Assembly (NCBI RefSeq): GCF_001194135.2
Contig: NC_068981.1
Coordinates: forward strand, 23,009,934-23,073,933
DNA: 64,000 nt
Reading direction: 5' to 3'
From: Octopus bimaculoides
Taxonomy: Eukaryota
The translations under genes and the position numbers were made by a program. Of this stretch, positions 51,605 through 64,000 are shown piece by piece. Numbering within the stretch: the first letter of the stretch is position 1; each line of letters begins with the position of its first letter. The notes below the pieces were generated by a model. It was not told the origin of the DNA, made no database searches, and saw only the letters and a list, made by a program, of their open reading frames with translations.

Positions 51605-52009
51605 CATAGGAGTGGCTGTGTGGTAAGTAGCTTGCTTACGAACCACATGGTTCTGGGTTCAGTCCCACTGTGTGGCACATTTGGGCAAGTGTCTTCTACT
51701 ATAGCCTCGGGCCAACCAAAGCCTTGTAAGTGGATTTGGTAGACGGAAACTGAAAGAAGCCTGTCGTATATATGTATATGTGTCTGTGTGTGTATATGTT
51801 TGTGTGTATGTTTGTCCGCCCAACATCGCTAGACAACCGATGCTGGTGTGTTTACGTCCCCGTAACTTAGCAGTTTGGCAAAAGAGGCCCAATAGAATAA
51901 GTACTAGGCATACAAAGAATAAGTCCTGAGGTCGATTTGCTTGACTAAAGGTGTTGCTCCAGCATGGCCACACTCAAATGACTGAAACAAGTAAAAGAGT
52001 AAACCAGCA
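51605..52009 (+). mobile_element. Young family A SINE inserted antisense into an older family A SINE (51475-52270)
   Basis: The old minus-strand tail stops at ...ataaacaaa (51600) and resumes at taaaccagcattgg (about 52010), continuing to a decayed head at 52140-52270. Confidence 0.8.
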
Positions 52010-52439
52010 TTGGTAGTCAAGTGAGTGATGGCGGTGGTGGTGGTGGTGGTGGGGGGGGGGCAAACACCAACACCCACACACAAATACGCATATATATATA
52101 TCCACACACAAAGACACATACATATACCTATATACATACCAGGCTTCCACATACTTTCCCTCACATGGCATTGGTCAGCTAAAAGCAATAGAAGACACTT
52201 GCTTAAGGTGCCATACAATGAGACTGAACTTGAAAACAAGTGGCTGAACTTCTTAACCCAACAACCAGAATATATTTGCTGAAGTTCTGTGCATTAGCAT
52301 AAGACCTAGATGATGTGATTGTGACGTGAACTTCTTAGCAGCACAGCTAAGCCTGCTCACACTTCAAGTTATACAATCAACTTCAACATACGTAATTCCT
52401 TTCAGAGAAATATTGATTTCTCACATGGACACAAAGCAT

Positions 52440-53230
52440 CAATTTACAAGAAAAGAATTATAATTAACAAAATTTTCTGGTATATTACATGTTTTATTGA
52501 CACTGGAACAACAAAGTGGGAAGTCAACTTTGGTGGGATCTGAACGATGTATGTAAAAGGGAAAAGCTTTAATGTTTGTGCTAGTCCAGGTCATTTTGTT
52601 ATCAGATCCGTATTGAATGACCAAGTAAGGAGCTAAGGTACTATCCAGCATAAAGCTTTGAATATGAAACTAATGAAGTAGCCACTATGTTGTTGCTCAA
52701 CCTGCTAGAGATAGTAGGCATGTCTCTCTTAAATCACACCCAAATGCCAATGGAATGTAAGCCATTAAAAAATTTTCCTCTGGCTAATCTTTTCAGGTTC
52801 TGTCCAGTTGGATCCCTACTTTTTCAATTCTGCCTTAGTATCCCGCCACCAGCTATTTTTAGGGTACCTACCACCAGCTATTTTTAGGACACCCACTATT
52901 CTGCCTCCCTTGTGATTTCTAGATTAGTGACTGAAATATAATGTAGGATATTGGTTACCTTTTGGATTCTGCGGCACCATGTTGTGTTTTCCAGACATAA
53001 GACTTTTCTCTCTCCCAGGTCTTGTTTGTTTTGAATTGTCATTGATGCTTCTGCAACTTTGCTTTTTATCTAGGTAGGGGTGCTGGCCCTTCACAAACCT
53101 ATTTTTTACCTCTGGAAAGAGGTGGTCCAAATTAGTCCAACACAGGAAGCCCTACATGGAGTTTGCATTCTGCTGGTATAGCTTTCAGGGTCATTGAGGC
53201 ATGCAAGGCACCACACCAGAAGGACTAGGC
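52440..53230 (-). mobile_element. Decayed 5' region of a LINE (I/Nimb-like ORF1 start and 5' UTR)
   Basis: ORF fragment YLVIQ..DNKMTWT....FPFYIH resembles the FLVI...L...SPF.I start of I-group ORF1; the minus-strand ccttgcatgcctcaatgaccc motif resembles LINE 5' UTRs. Confidence 0.35.
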
Positions 53231-55779
53231 CTGGTGGTTGCTAATGCTTTAAAGCAGAACACATCGGATAATGCAGTCCAAGATATACTATATCCAGAAA
53301 AGAAAAAAAAGACTGATGATCACAGCTGGAATGCCTTTGATAACAGATCTACTCAACCAGAGTTGACCTGGTGTTAAATTACAACTAGGAAAACAAGGCT
53401 CAGGACTATCAAAGCAATTAGCAAAGAGAAAAATTGTTCAACCTAAATATAGCTTTTTAATTTTCCTTCTTTCGTTGAAATAAGCAGAGGAAAGTAATTG
53501 AAGCAGCTGTTTTTTAAGAAATCAATTACAGCTGAAAAGATCAATTAATAGCTGCAGCTGGTCAAGTCAGCAATGGCTAGTTATAATGCACTATTGACGA
53601 AATACAGGCCTCTGAACCTATGGCTGGTAGCCAGATACCCTTCTGACAGACTGCTGTAATAATTTGATCATCTTTGTAATAGAAAGTTATTTATATACAT
53701 GTCAATTAAGTCTCAAGAAGTTTTTGGAGGGCCCTGTATTGAAGTGGATGAAAGACCAATCTCTCCTTGGATGGAGTACAAATGGATCAAATGCAACATT
53801 TCCAGATGATCTGTTAACTGAAACATTGTAAACTGAACTGCCAGAAAACATATACTTAACTGTTTCTCAGCCTTTGTGAGTGCACAACTTGCTACAAATA
53901 GTGGCTAAATCTTCCCTAAACTACACTCTACTGTCTTACAGAAAAATAGCTTAACATAGTCCTATTTACTCTTAAAAGGACAGGAAAGTCATAGATGGAA
54001 CACCTTTTATTGTAGGTCAGTTGGAGAGTTTGACCTGAGGTTAAATAACGAAGCACCTATGAGCAGTTTGACATGGGGTTAAACAACAAACCACCTGCAA
54101 CAGATTTGAACTCACAACCTATGAGCAGCTAGTTCAGTATTTGATGCATTTAATGAGCCTGTTTCAAACAAGCTTGTCATTGTTTTAGCCCAAGCCAACC
54201 CTGATTAAAAGTATTCTATTCAGGGTCAGTCCATTAATTTTTCTTTTTTTCAGATGTAACATGCCCTACATCATATTACCTACAGTATCCTTTAACATGG
54301 TAGGCTATGGCCTGAGAGAGAGGGAGAGATTTGGCTACTATTTCAAGCAGGAAGAGCAACGTAGAGCAAAGATTCTAACTCTTTTGTAGTTCAGTGCCAA
54401 TATCTCCTAATGGTGTTTGGCAAAATAAATAAATAAAAAGACAGCAGATTATTTTACTCAAACAGAAGGAAATATTGATTTATCATCAATCATGTTTCTA
54501 TTCAATAATAATGCAATGTACTATTCATATTCTAAACAAAATTTCTTTTTATGTTTAAGATATATAAGTATTTTATCTGGTTTAAACACCATATTTAATG
54601 GTATGTAAGAAATACTTTTGCTTCCAAAAGATGGTCTCCAAAAAAAAAAGAAAAAATCATCTCTGGTCCTAAATGCGAAGTTGAGCCTTTATTACAAGGC
54701 TTAATGCACTATTTTTCCTGAACGCATGTTGTTGAAATTGAGGTGTGCCTCATATGTCTGTATCTTTTATGCCATCAAATACAATGCTTTGTTTTGAAAA
54801 ACATCGATACCCTGATCTGTGTGTGTCTCTCTCACTCTCTCTCACTCTCTCTCCTCATCAACTCCCTTTCCCTACACTAACCACTATGTTCAATCTTTCT
54901 TCCCCAGAACATCAGCTCTCTGGAGTCTTTCCTCTGCACATGTCTCTCCAGGAGGTATTATCTTGACTTGCAACAATTAAAGCAGAATGTTAATAGCACT
55001 AATCACAACAGTTTCGATGGGTCTGCAAAGGTCATCAGCTCAGCCCCTTCCTCCAGACCCAGCAAGTGTAGGGAATAAAAAAAATAAGTCTTAAAAAAGC
55101 AGGGCTCTCTCCTCATAGCAACTCCTTGACACTCCTTACCTCCATCAGCTCACAATACTCTAGAAGAGCACTAGCACTAAATTTGAGATCTACTGACATA
55201 GAGGCTCACTTCTTGGCTCATCAACAGGGTTTTGTATAACAGACAAACGTTATATAAGCATGAGAGTGTTGAGTTCAAATCTAGTGAAAGGACAGAGCAG
55301 ATGACTCAGATATACTTCTCTCAGAGATATTCAGAACAATCCCTCATGACTAGCTAGCTCTGTTTAGAAACAGTTAAAGTAATCAAACTCAACCTATCAC
55401 ATTTGCAGGAGACAGATGAGCTATCGATTGACTGACTCATGACACGGTCTATGGATGAGAGGAAGAGGGGGAGAATGCTGAGGCCAACAGATGTAGCAGT
55501 GTTTCTTGGCAACAAACACAGCATCAAAAGTTAATAAGAAACTGCATCAAACCATAAATAAACGAACATCAACATATATTAATATTCGTGTCCAGAAAAT
55601 TAGATTTAGATATGTGCTATCTTTTTAATTAGAAGAGTTGTTATATACAAGACATTTAATGAAGTAGTCTACATGTCTTAAAGGGAAACAAAATAACAAA
55701 AAAGGTTAATAAGATGTATAACTAACATGCAAAAGTAGGGACAGAGGATCTATCATTGCTACTAGTGAAAATAGTATCA

Positions 55780-56010
55780 TCCTCATCATCATCATCATCG
55801 TTTAGCGTCCGCTTTCCATGCTAGCATGGGTTGGACGATTTGACTGAGGACTGGTGAAACCAGATGGCAACACCAGGCTCCAATCTGATTTGGCAGAGTT
55901 TCTACAGCTGGATGCCCTTCCTAACGCCAACCACTCCGAGAGTGTAGTGGGTGCTTTTACGTGCCACCAGCACAAAGGCCAGTCAGGCGGTACTGGCAAC
56001 GGCTACGCTC
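55780..56010 (-). mobile_element. SINE family B, young copy
   Basis: (CAT)n cgtttagcgtccgctttccatgctagc...gatgcccttcctaacgccaaccactccgag...gtactggcaacggc. Confidence 0.92.
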
Positions 56011-56123
56011 ATCCTCATCATCATAATTTATTTAATGACCATTTTCCATGCTGGCATGGGTTGGATAGTTTGACAGGTTCTAACAAGTTGTGGGATTGCA
56101 ATGAACTCCAATGTCAGCTATAG

Positions 56124-56415
56124 CAGGGGTTTTCAAACTTTTTGACTTATGGACCCCTTTATATTTCAGGCTTTACCTTAGAGACCCCTTATAAACGCTT
56201 ATGAAATTTATACATATTTACTTAAAATAACATATATTTTTACATTTATTTATTTAACAGCATTTAACAAATAGGTTCATTGTCAATTAAAAGATTTCGA
56301 TTAAAAAACATATATAAAATCAAATTGCTCATAAAAAGTTTTTGCTGTCCTCGGACCCCTTGCCTTGTCCTTGCGGACCCATTGTAGTCCGCGGACCACA
56401 GTTTGAAAACCCCTG
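56124..56415. mobile_element. hAT-type MITE with perfect 15-bp TIRs and 8-bp TSD, nested in an old family B SINE
   Basis: AGCTATAG|caggggttttcaaac ... gtttgaaaacccctg|AGCTATAG (56116-56123, 56416-56423); the SINE sequence continues across the site. Confidence 0.93.
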
Positions 56416-59291
56416 AGCTATAGCATGACTTCTATGGCTGGATGCCCTTTCCAATGCTAACGGCTTTAGCTGAAAGGCTAAGCAGACATGGGCAAGATTT
56501 GAATTTAGAACCAACAATTTCATTTTGACTATTTTGCATTTCTCTTTGTGACTATTAAAGAAAGATTCTATAACAAGCCAAGAAGTGAACCTTTGCACAG
56601 TCCCTCAACTTGCTAGAAATAATAACCAAATCTCTTTCATATTACACTACTGCTTTTAAACAAGAACACATTGGACAGTGTAACCATAGTCATATGAAAA
56701 GATGGGTATACATAGGATAATAGCTTGACCAGGGCTGACTTGGGGATAAACAACACAATAAATAAAAATGAAATAATCTCTACCTGGTCAAAATTTAACC
56801 AAAGTTTCTATTGCATTAAGAGAAACGAGCCTGGTGCAGCCTTCTGGCTTACTAGCCCTCAGTCAAACCGTCCAACTCATGCCAGCATGGAAAGCAGATG
56901 TTAAACGATGACAATGATGATGAGGAGATCAAAAATACAACATTATCAGATGAAATTCCCTAGATTACTGACATCATCCATTGGTACAAGACCTCAATTC
57001 TACAGATTAAGAATATAGCTGGTTGAATCAACCTCAACCCTAGTATATTACTGATGTTTACTGTCCTAGGAAAGATGAGCGATAAAGTCAACCCCAGTAA
57101 GATCTGAACGTAGGACACAAAGAGATTTCATGAAATACAACAAAGGATTTTGGCAAGAATGTACCCTTATATAGGAGTTATGCTAGATGTAGGTGTAATT
57201 GCATGGTACAAAGTTTGCTTCTGAACCACACAGTTTTGAGTTCAGTTCCACAGAATGGCACATTAGGCTAGTGTCTACTATAGCTCTGGGTCAACCAAAG
57301 TCTTGCTAGTGGATCTGATGGATGGAAACTGAAAGTTTGTTGTGTGTATATATATATATATATTTTTAGTGTTGGGCCTCATGGAGGCAAAGTGGCTGAG
57401 TTCCTTTCGAGTGCTGGGCCTCACAAAGGCAATGACTGAGACCTTTGATATTATGTCGTGCTTGAGAAGAAGATCCATCAGGCCGAGCAAAATCAGTCAT
57501 GGCAGATACTGGTGTCACGCAAATGGTGGTACATAAAAGCACTCAATACACTCTCAGAGTGGTTGGCATTAGAAAGGGCATCCAGCTGTAGAAAAGCCAT
57601 GCTACTGGAGACTGGTGCAACTTTCCAGCTTACCAGCCCTGTCAGCATGGACAACAGACATATGAAGATGATGATATATATACACACATACATACATATA
57701 TGCCAGCATGGAAAATGGACATTATAGGATAATGATGATACCTATATACATACATATCACACACACGTATGTGTGTGTGTGTGTGTGTGTGTTTGTTTGT
57801 TACTGTCTCCTTGTCTTCACATCATGTGACAGTTGTAAACAAGTGCTGCCATCATACAAATGATGGATATTGAAACAATGATAAGCTATATTATACAGCT
57901 GAAACCTATGTATACATTTAAGTGAAACACTGCCAGCCCTTCTCTTCACTCTAACTAACTTATACATCACACCACCTTTCACATCAACCATTTCTCTGAA
58001 GGGATGAAAAATAGGAAATCTAAGAAAGAGGGGTGGCTTTTTTTGCGATAGTTGCATGTTGTTGCTGAACAATATTTACCCCATGCAAGGGCATATCAAC
58101 GTACACTGGTTGATCAACAAAGGAGCTTTGACATGGTTACTGAACCTGCTAAAAATAGCAGCCATCTCTTCCTCAAATCACCCATCCCACCACCTTAAAT
58201 AAAGAGTATATGAGACAGCGTGTGAGAGGCCAGATTTGGCCAGTCTGACCATATAACAGGGAGAATATTTGGGCCTGATATGGCCAGTTTGAATGCTAAA
58301 GGGTTAAAGAAAACTAGAAACATTGAATAACGTAGCTACACATGAAAATAATACAGGAGGTTCATGTTTGGAGTGCCCCTAATGATAGGCTTGCTCAACT
58401 GGAGCTGATATAGAGATAAACAGCAGCACAAGTGACAAAAAGGAGGGTAAAATATTGGCTTTGAATCTAAATGACCCTAACTTTGGATTCATTGAATAAG
58501 TAACTGTTATAACCAGACAGTCCCAAGATCAGTGGTCTTCAACCAGGGTGTTGCAGACAGAAGGTGAGTGTGATAGGTGTATCACAAAGTTACTCTTAGA
58601 AGTAAAACTAGAGAGCGAAATATTGGCACAATTTGTTTGGGATGTACTTTTGTAAAACTACTTAGTTCGACTCCCTCATGGATCACATGATTATTGACAG
58701 AGGAAATATTTTCCTCAACAGGAAATTTAAAATTCTCATCAACAGGCTCATGACCAGGCCAGGCCTATTTACACATACCACATTGGCTATTCTCACCCAC
58801 TTTTTAAAGAATTTACTGGGATGGGGGTGGAGGGTAGCACTTCACTTTCCTTTCTATATGAAACTTGGGGAACTGATAAGGGCTTGGTTGAAAAGGAAAG
58901 TGTTCAGTTTTTTGGGGGGTTTTTTTTTTCAAACTTCTGCACTTCATGACCGCTTTCACCAAAATCACCAGACAGAAAAATTGCTGTTCTTGGTCAAAAG
59001 AAGGCAGTGGAAAAGTTTTATGGTGAAATCATCAGATAGACAGATTCATTCTGCCTACAACACCAGCTGTTTGACAAAACCCCACAAATCAAACACTGAG
59101 TACATGCAGTGCAGTGTCATTGCTGTGAGTGCATCTTGGATAGATTTGAGTGACAGCACTTCCATGTCAGAAAAGTTTATTTTGAGCCTGCAATGCACCC
59201 GCTTACCCAGTACCATTACCAAGCTAGGGAAGTTATCCATAGTTCAGGAACTGAAATTTCTCCAGTACAGACTAGTTACTTAATTCTCATC

Positions 59292-59294
<3 letters not shown>

Positions 59295-59334
<40 letters not shown>

Positions 59335-59850
59335 GTTTAACGTCCGCTTTCCATGCTAGCATGGGTTGGACGATTTGACTGAGGACTGGTGAACCAGGTG
59401 GCTACACCAGGCTCCAATCTGATTTAGCAGAGTTTCTACAGCTGGATGCCCTTCCTAATGCCAACCACTCCGAGAGTGTAGTGGGTGCTTTTACATGNNN
59501 NNNNNNNGTGGGTGCTTTTACATGCCACCGGCACAAAGGCCAGTGAGGCGGTACTGGCAACGGCCATGCTAAAAATGGTGCATTTTACGCGCCACCTGCA
59601 CAGGAGCCAGTCCAGCGGCACTGGCAATGATCTCGCTCGAATGTCTTTCCACGTGCCACTGGCACAAGTGCCAGGAAGGCGACGCTGGTAACGATCGTGC
59701 CAGGAAGGCGACGCTGGTAACGATCATGCCCAAATGGTGATATTTACGTGCCACTGGCACGGAAGCCAGACAGCTGCTCTGGCAACGATCATGCTCTAAC
59801 GGTGCTCTTAGCGCTCCACTGGTACAGGTACCATCACGATTTCACTTTCA
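59295..59850 (-). mobile_element. SINE family B, long young copy with internal tandem modules
   Basis: (CAT)n tail; repeated tgccac(c/t)ggcac...ctggcaacg modules, including a 29-bp near-exact duplication gtgccaggaaggcgacgctggtaacgatc at about 59668-59727. Confidence 0.85.
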
Positions 59851-60699
59851 CTTGCCCCACAATGTCTAGAGTTTTTCCTAGAATGTCATCATATGTACTG
59901 ACATGGCTCTTTCAGAATGGAATCCTTCTTAGCAACTCTGTAATTTCTACAGCAGTGATTCAACAGTTAGTATATACAAAAGGAATGAGAGAGGACACTC
60001 TTGATGGAATAGAGCACATGACTTGAATAGTTATGATACGTGGCCATTTACTCTGACTATTAAGCAAATGCCATTGTAGATTATTGAAGTAATTCATTCC
60101 CCGAAGATGAGGTCAAAGTCTGTTGCTTTAAGGCCAGTTGTCAAGTAATGATGGTTACCCCTATTGAAAGCTTCTGATTGATCCAAGTTGAGTCCCACTG
60201 AAGCCAGGCTAACTACTTTTGATATATTGCATGAGATGGAGTTTGCTGAGGATAGACCTGGTCAAGATTGCACATGAATTAGGATTTCTTTGATTTGCCA
60301 CAAGGGCAGTAGATGAGGGAACATAACATGGAAAAAAAACTACAAGAATGATGGGAGTTTATACAGAATTGATTATGAAAACTCAGGCAATTAGCTAGGA
60401 TCAACCAAGGAACTCTACAGATCCAGGATTACTTTGACCAACCAAATGCAAGTGCACTCTTCTAACTCTGTCCTCTAGCCTCCAGGCACATGCTCATTCA
60501 GTGGGTCATATTCACAACATTTACCCACTTTTCAGCATATTCACTGTATTCTCTCTGAAAATGGAAGTTGGTGAGGCTTTGGCTGAAGTGGGCAGTGCCT
60601 ACCCCTTGTTCTTTTAATCTTATCCACTATATATTCTCTTTTACAACAGCCAACAAACAGAGGAAAACTGTTTGCCCTAGGTGGCACATTAAAATACAC

Positions 60700-60916
60700 C
60701 ATTTCGAGCGTGGCCGTTGCCAGTACCTCCTGACTGGCCTTCATGCCGGTGGCACGTAAAAGCACCCACTATACTCTCGGAGTGGTTGGCATTAGGAAGG
60801 GCATCCAGCTGTAGAAACTCTGCCAAATCAGATTGGAGCCTGGTGTTGCCATCTGGTTTCACCAGTCCTCAGTCAAATCGTCCAACCCATGCTAGCATGG
60901 AAAGCGAACGTTAAAC

Positions 60917-60947
<31 letters not shown>
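60700..60947 (+). mobile_element. SINE family B, young copy
   Basis: catttcgagcgtggccgttgccagtacc...aggaagggcatccagctgtagaaac...gttaaac(GAT)n. Confidence 0.92.
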
Positions 60948-60949
<2 letters not shown>

Positions 60950-60999
60950 TGTTGGCGAGAATAAAAGTGATTATGATGGCACTAACTTTTTTTCATCTA

Positions 61000-62020
61000 T
61001 TTTGCAGAAACTGATGATATAAAAATGTGAAAATATTAAATTGGAGACTGCTAATATTTTATCTTGTATATTAAAATGGAATTTTAATAACTGGAGTGAT
61101 TATTTTGTTGTTAAAAGTCTATTTAAATAATTGAAAAATAAGAGAACAGTTGAAGATTGATATCTTGTATAATAGAGAATTTATTGCTCCATCAACCTGT
61201 TTTGAGAACATTGATGATAAAAGCTGTGTATGATATTGTACACTATGGCAACAAGGTATTGATTGAAATTAGAAGCATAGTATGTACTGAGACGATGGAA
61301 CAATGTAAGATGTCTAACATGTGCTAGAATAAAACCAGAATTACCTCACACCTAAAGAAATTAAAGGGTGGCAACATGTGCACGTTCTTAAAACTTGTTG
61401 GTGCATATTCTGGTGACTAGAATTAATAAGAGTCATGAATAAAGGAGTTGAAACAGTGAAGCATGAAACCTGTTCTGCTCTGGCCCTTTTCTCTTATACT
61501 TTACCTGTCTCTATTCTACATTTTCTTGTATAAAGTTTCCCCCTCGGGGCTCATAGTCTTGCAAGCTGCATCTCAAAAATCACTCAGTTCATGCTGTAAA
61601 GTGGTTCATATTAAGAAAGGCATCTACACATATAAATCATGCCACAGCAGACACTGGAGCATGATGCAGTCCTTAGGCCCATCAGATCCTCTCAAACTGT
61701 CAAACTTATACCAGCATGGAACATGGTTATTAAATGATGACGATGATGATGATCTGGGTTTAACAAAGGCTTTGAATTTCATAACAACACATGGATGGTT
61801 TAAAAAAGATCAAATATGACCCATCATATCATCCAAAAACAAATGGAATAGCTGAAAGAATGGTCACAAGCAACTCAATGGTTTTAAAACCACATTCACC
61901 AAGTAAAGATTCTATTGATGCATTTTTGAACCATTGGACAATCTTTTACTCAGAAAGACTTAGTTTATCTATCTACGTTGATGGGCAGACAAATACAATC
62001 TTTGGTAACAATGTCTTATG
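61000..62020 (+). pseudogene. Decayed Gypsy-type LTR-retrotransposon integrase, interrupted by a B-SINE fragment (about 61620-61755)
   Basis: PSYHPKTNGIAERMV matches the integrase P.YHP.SNG.AERM motif; upstream remnants resemble the HHCC zinc finger (..IVHYG....C..C.TCARIKP). Confidence 0.65.
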
Positions 62021-63149
62021 AAACTGCAGCACTAGCATGGTGTTGATGCAAACAAAATGATGGACCATAAGCAAGATTTATATCTCAAGCAATAAGTAAC
62101 ATAGTTGTGATTCTTAAGGATAACCATAGTATACCAGCTCATGTAGATAACTAAATTTTAGCAGAAAGATTGATAGTGAACAAAATGACAAATTAATTCC
62201 TGTCTGATATTCCAGACTTTATTAATAAAACTTGTGATTTGACAACTGATATAGGAACTAATATAACCAATGGTATTCGATGTGTGATTCTCAAATAATA
62301 AATTACATCAATGTATTTCAAGGAGATATGTTATATTAAAATTGCTGTTGCTGCATATGCATTTTCCATGCTGATTAAAACTAATCAAGGCAATTACCAG
62401 TTCAGAGTGAGTATTTGGTTACATGACTACAAATTTACTTAAATGAACACACACATAACAACATACTGCAACAAAAACTACACAGCTAACTTGGTTTTTT
62501 GAAAACTTACAACTGTAAGGACCATATTAATAGCTGCATACTTTTATTATAAAGACACTAGGGGGTGTGATCTGAGAGAGATTTTGCTGCTATCTCTAGT
62601 AAGTCAAACAACGAAATAGAAGTTTCTTTATTGGCAAATTCTACTCAATATTATTTAAAACCAGGTCAACCATAATTGTCTTTTCTTTCCCAAACACAAC
62701 TCACCAATGACAATATTATCTAATACGTCCTTCCCCACAGATAGTAGGGTGGGATTTGAGGAAGAATTGGCTGCTATTTCTAGCAAGCCAAGTGACTGTG
62801 AGGTGGATCTTTCAGCAGCTCAGGTGCAGGCATGGCCTCAGGATGACCAATGCATTCAGAGCGAACTCAATAGATGGAAGCCTATCGTGTGTGTGTGTGT
62901 GTGCTAGTATCTGGTCACTTGACAACTGGTGTTAGCTTGCTTACATCCTTGTAACTTAGCAGTTCATCAAAGAGACCAATAGAATAAATACAAGATTTAA
63001 AATAAGCACTAGGACCAATTTGACTGATTAAAAAAGACCTAAGTGGTAACCTGGCTTGACTGCAGTCCAACGACTAAAACATGTAAGGGAATAAAAGAAG
63101 AGGCATCAAATTGAAATTTGCTTTTGTTACAAAGATGTGGTGCTCTTAA

Positions 63150-63369
63150 CCCTTTAGTGTTCGCATTATTCTGCCAAAATTAATGCTTTTTCATCCACAT
63201 TGTTTTGAACTAATCATGCATAACTTGTAGCTATGAGATTTCGATGAGGTAGCTGTTAATTTTTAAAACAATATTGTCGGGTTGGTGTGAGAGGCCAGAT
63301 CTGGCCACTTTGAACATAAAACATGCAGAATACTTTTGGCCGGATATGGCCGGTTTAAATGCTAAAGGG
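63150..63369. mobile_element. piggyBac-like MITE
   Basis: TTAA|ccctttagtgtt ... aatgctaaaggg|TTAA; a truncated right-end copy lies at 58221-58307. Confidence 0.75.
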
Positions 63370-64000
63370 TTAAACACAATACATATTTGAAAACAGTTGG
63401 CTGGTTGTTGACATGATAAATGGATTTCAAAAACAACAATAAAACATTATTATATGGCAATAAATATAGGAATAGGCAACAGGAAATATTTTAAATGCAG
63501 ATAGAATCAGATCCTAGAGTTCCTGTCAGCCAAACTACACGCACTTGGAGCTATGTGGCCTTTCAAAGTTAAAAAAGTAAAAACAGTCAAGAGATAAACA
63601 TTGGAATAGTCATAAATTATAGTCTATTTTTATGTAAGATCATATTAACCAACTTCCAGGAGATCTAAAATAGATATTTCCCCCCCTCCTTTTTTCTCAC
63701 AGTTATTTGTCCGTTTATTTACAACATCCATAATATATTCAATCCAGTGGGGAGGAGTGGGGGGAGTTTATGAAGTTGTTCGACCTGATGCAAATAGCAG
63801 CAAATCTATCTGATGGCACTACTATTCTTTTTAGGTAAATGATATCCGAGATAAATTTTCTAAACTGAAAACGGAATTTTTTCACGGTTGGGTATTTTTT
63901 TTTTTTACTGATTTAGCCAAAGGTCAAACGGCTGCATCCATGACTTAGATTTTTTTATTTTATTTATTTATTTATTTTCAAGATTTCCGGGACAATGAGA

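Noticed and set aside
55130-55215. Possible CERK first exon (MSVDLKFSASALLEYCELME|GTAAGG, minus strand)
   Set aside because: It ends in phase 0 whereas the PH exon needs phase 1, and it has no similarity to CERK N-termini.
58678-59283. 201-aa plus-strand ORF, the longest gap-free ORF
   Set aside because: Starts at a near-cognate codon per the track, low-complexity composition, no recognisable domain or splice signals.
59950-60440. Gypsy gag-like remnant upstream of the integrase fragment
   Set aside because: Only faint motif resemblance through many stops; cannot be supported without a profile search.

Overview
AT-rich, repeat-dense animal DNA with N gaps. The SINE repertoire and (TA)n/(CA)n/(CAT)n load point to an octopus (coleoid cephalopod) draft assembly; this is inference. 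I can support only one protein-coding exon: 19358-19624 on the minus strand, bounded by canonical splice sites, encoding the C-terminal part of a ceramide-kinase (CERK)-type PH domain. The rest looks like intronic or intergenic DNA filled with several tRNA-derived SINE families that swap heads and tails, MITEs (hAT, pogo/Tigger, Tc1/mariner, piggyBac-like, Helentron-like), decayed mariner transposases (one full-length with both TIRs), LINE and Gypsy fragments, and microsatellites. Almost all ORFs in the supplied track are SINE or microsatellite artefacts. The most interesting unexplained signal is a small non-repetitive island about 5.3 kb downstream of the CERK exon (13963-14080, minus strand). 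It holds a 9-nt frame-preserving microexon candidate with an upstream TGC motif. Just 52 nt further on is a second acceptor that, spliced to the PH exon, reads (K/E)EEKCGCRIQ-stop, i.e. a possible PH-only isoform ending in a CaaX-like motif. This is a hypothesis from manual reading and needs RNA-seq. There are also several long fold-back structures that could be A-to-I editing substrates. I saw no rRNA, true tRNA gene, CRISPR array or intact autonomous element. Coordinates of old repeats are approximate (about +/-20 nt).
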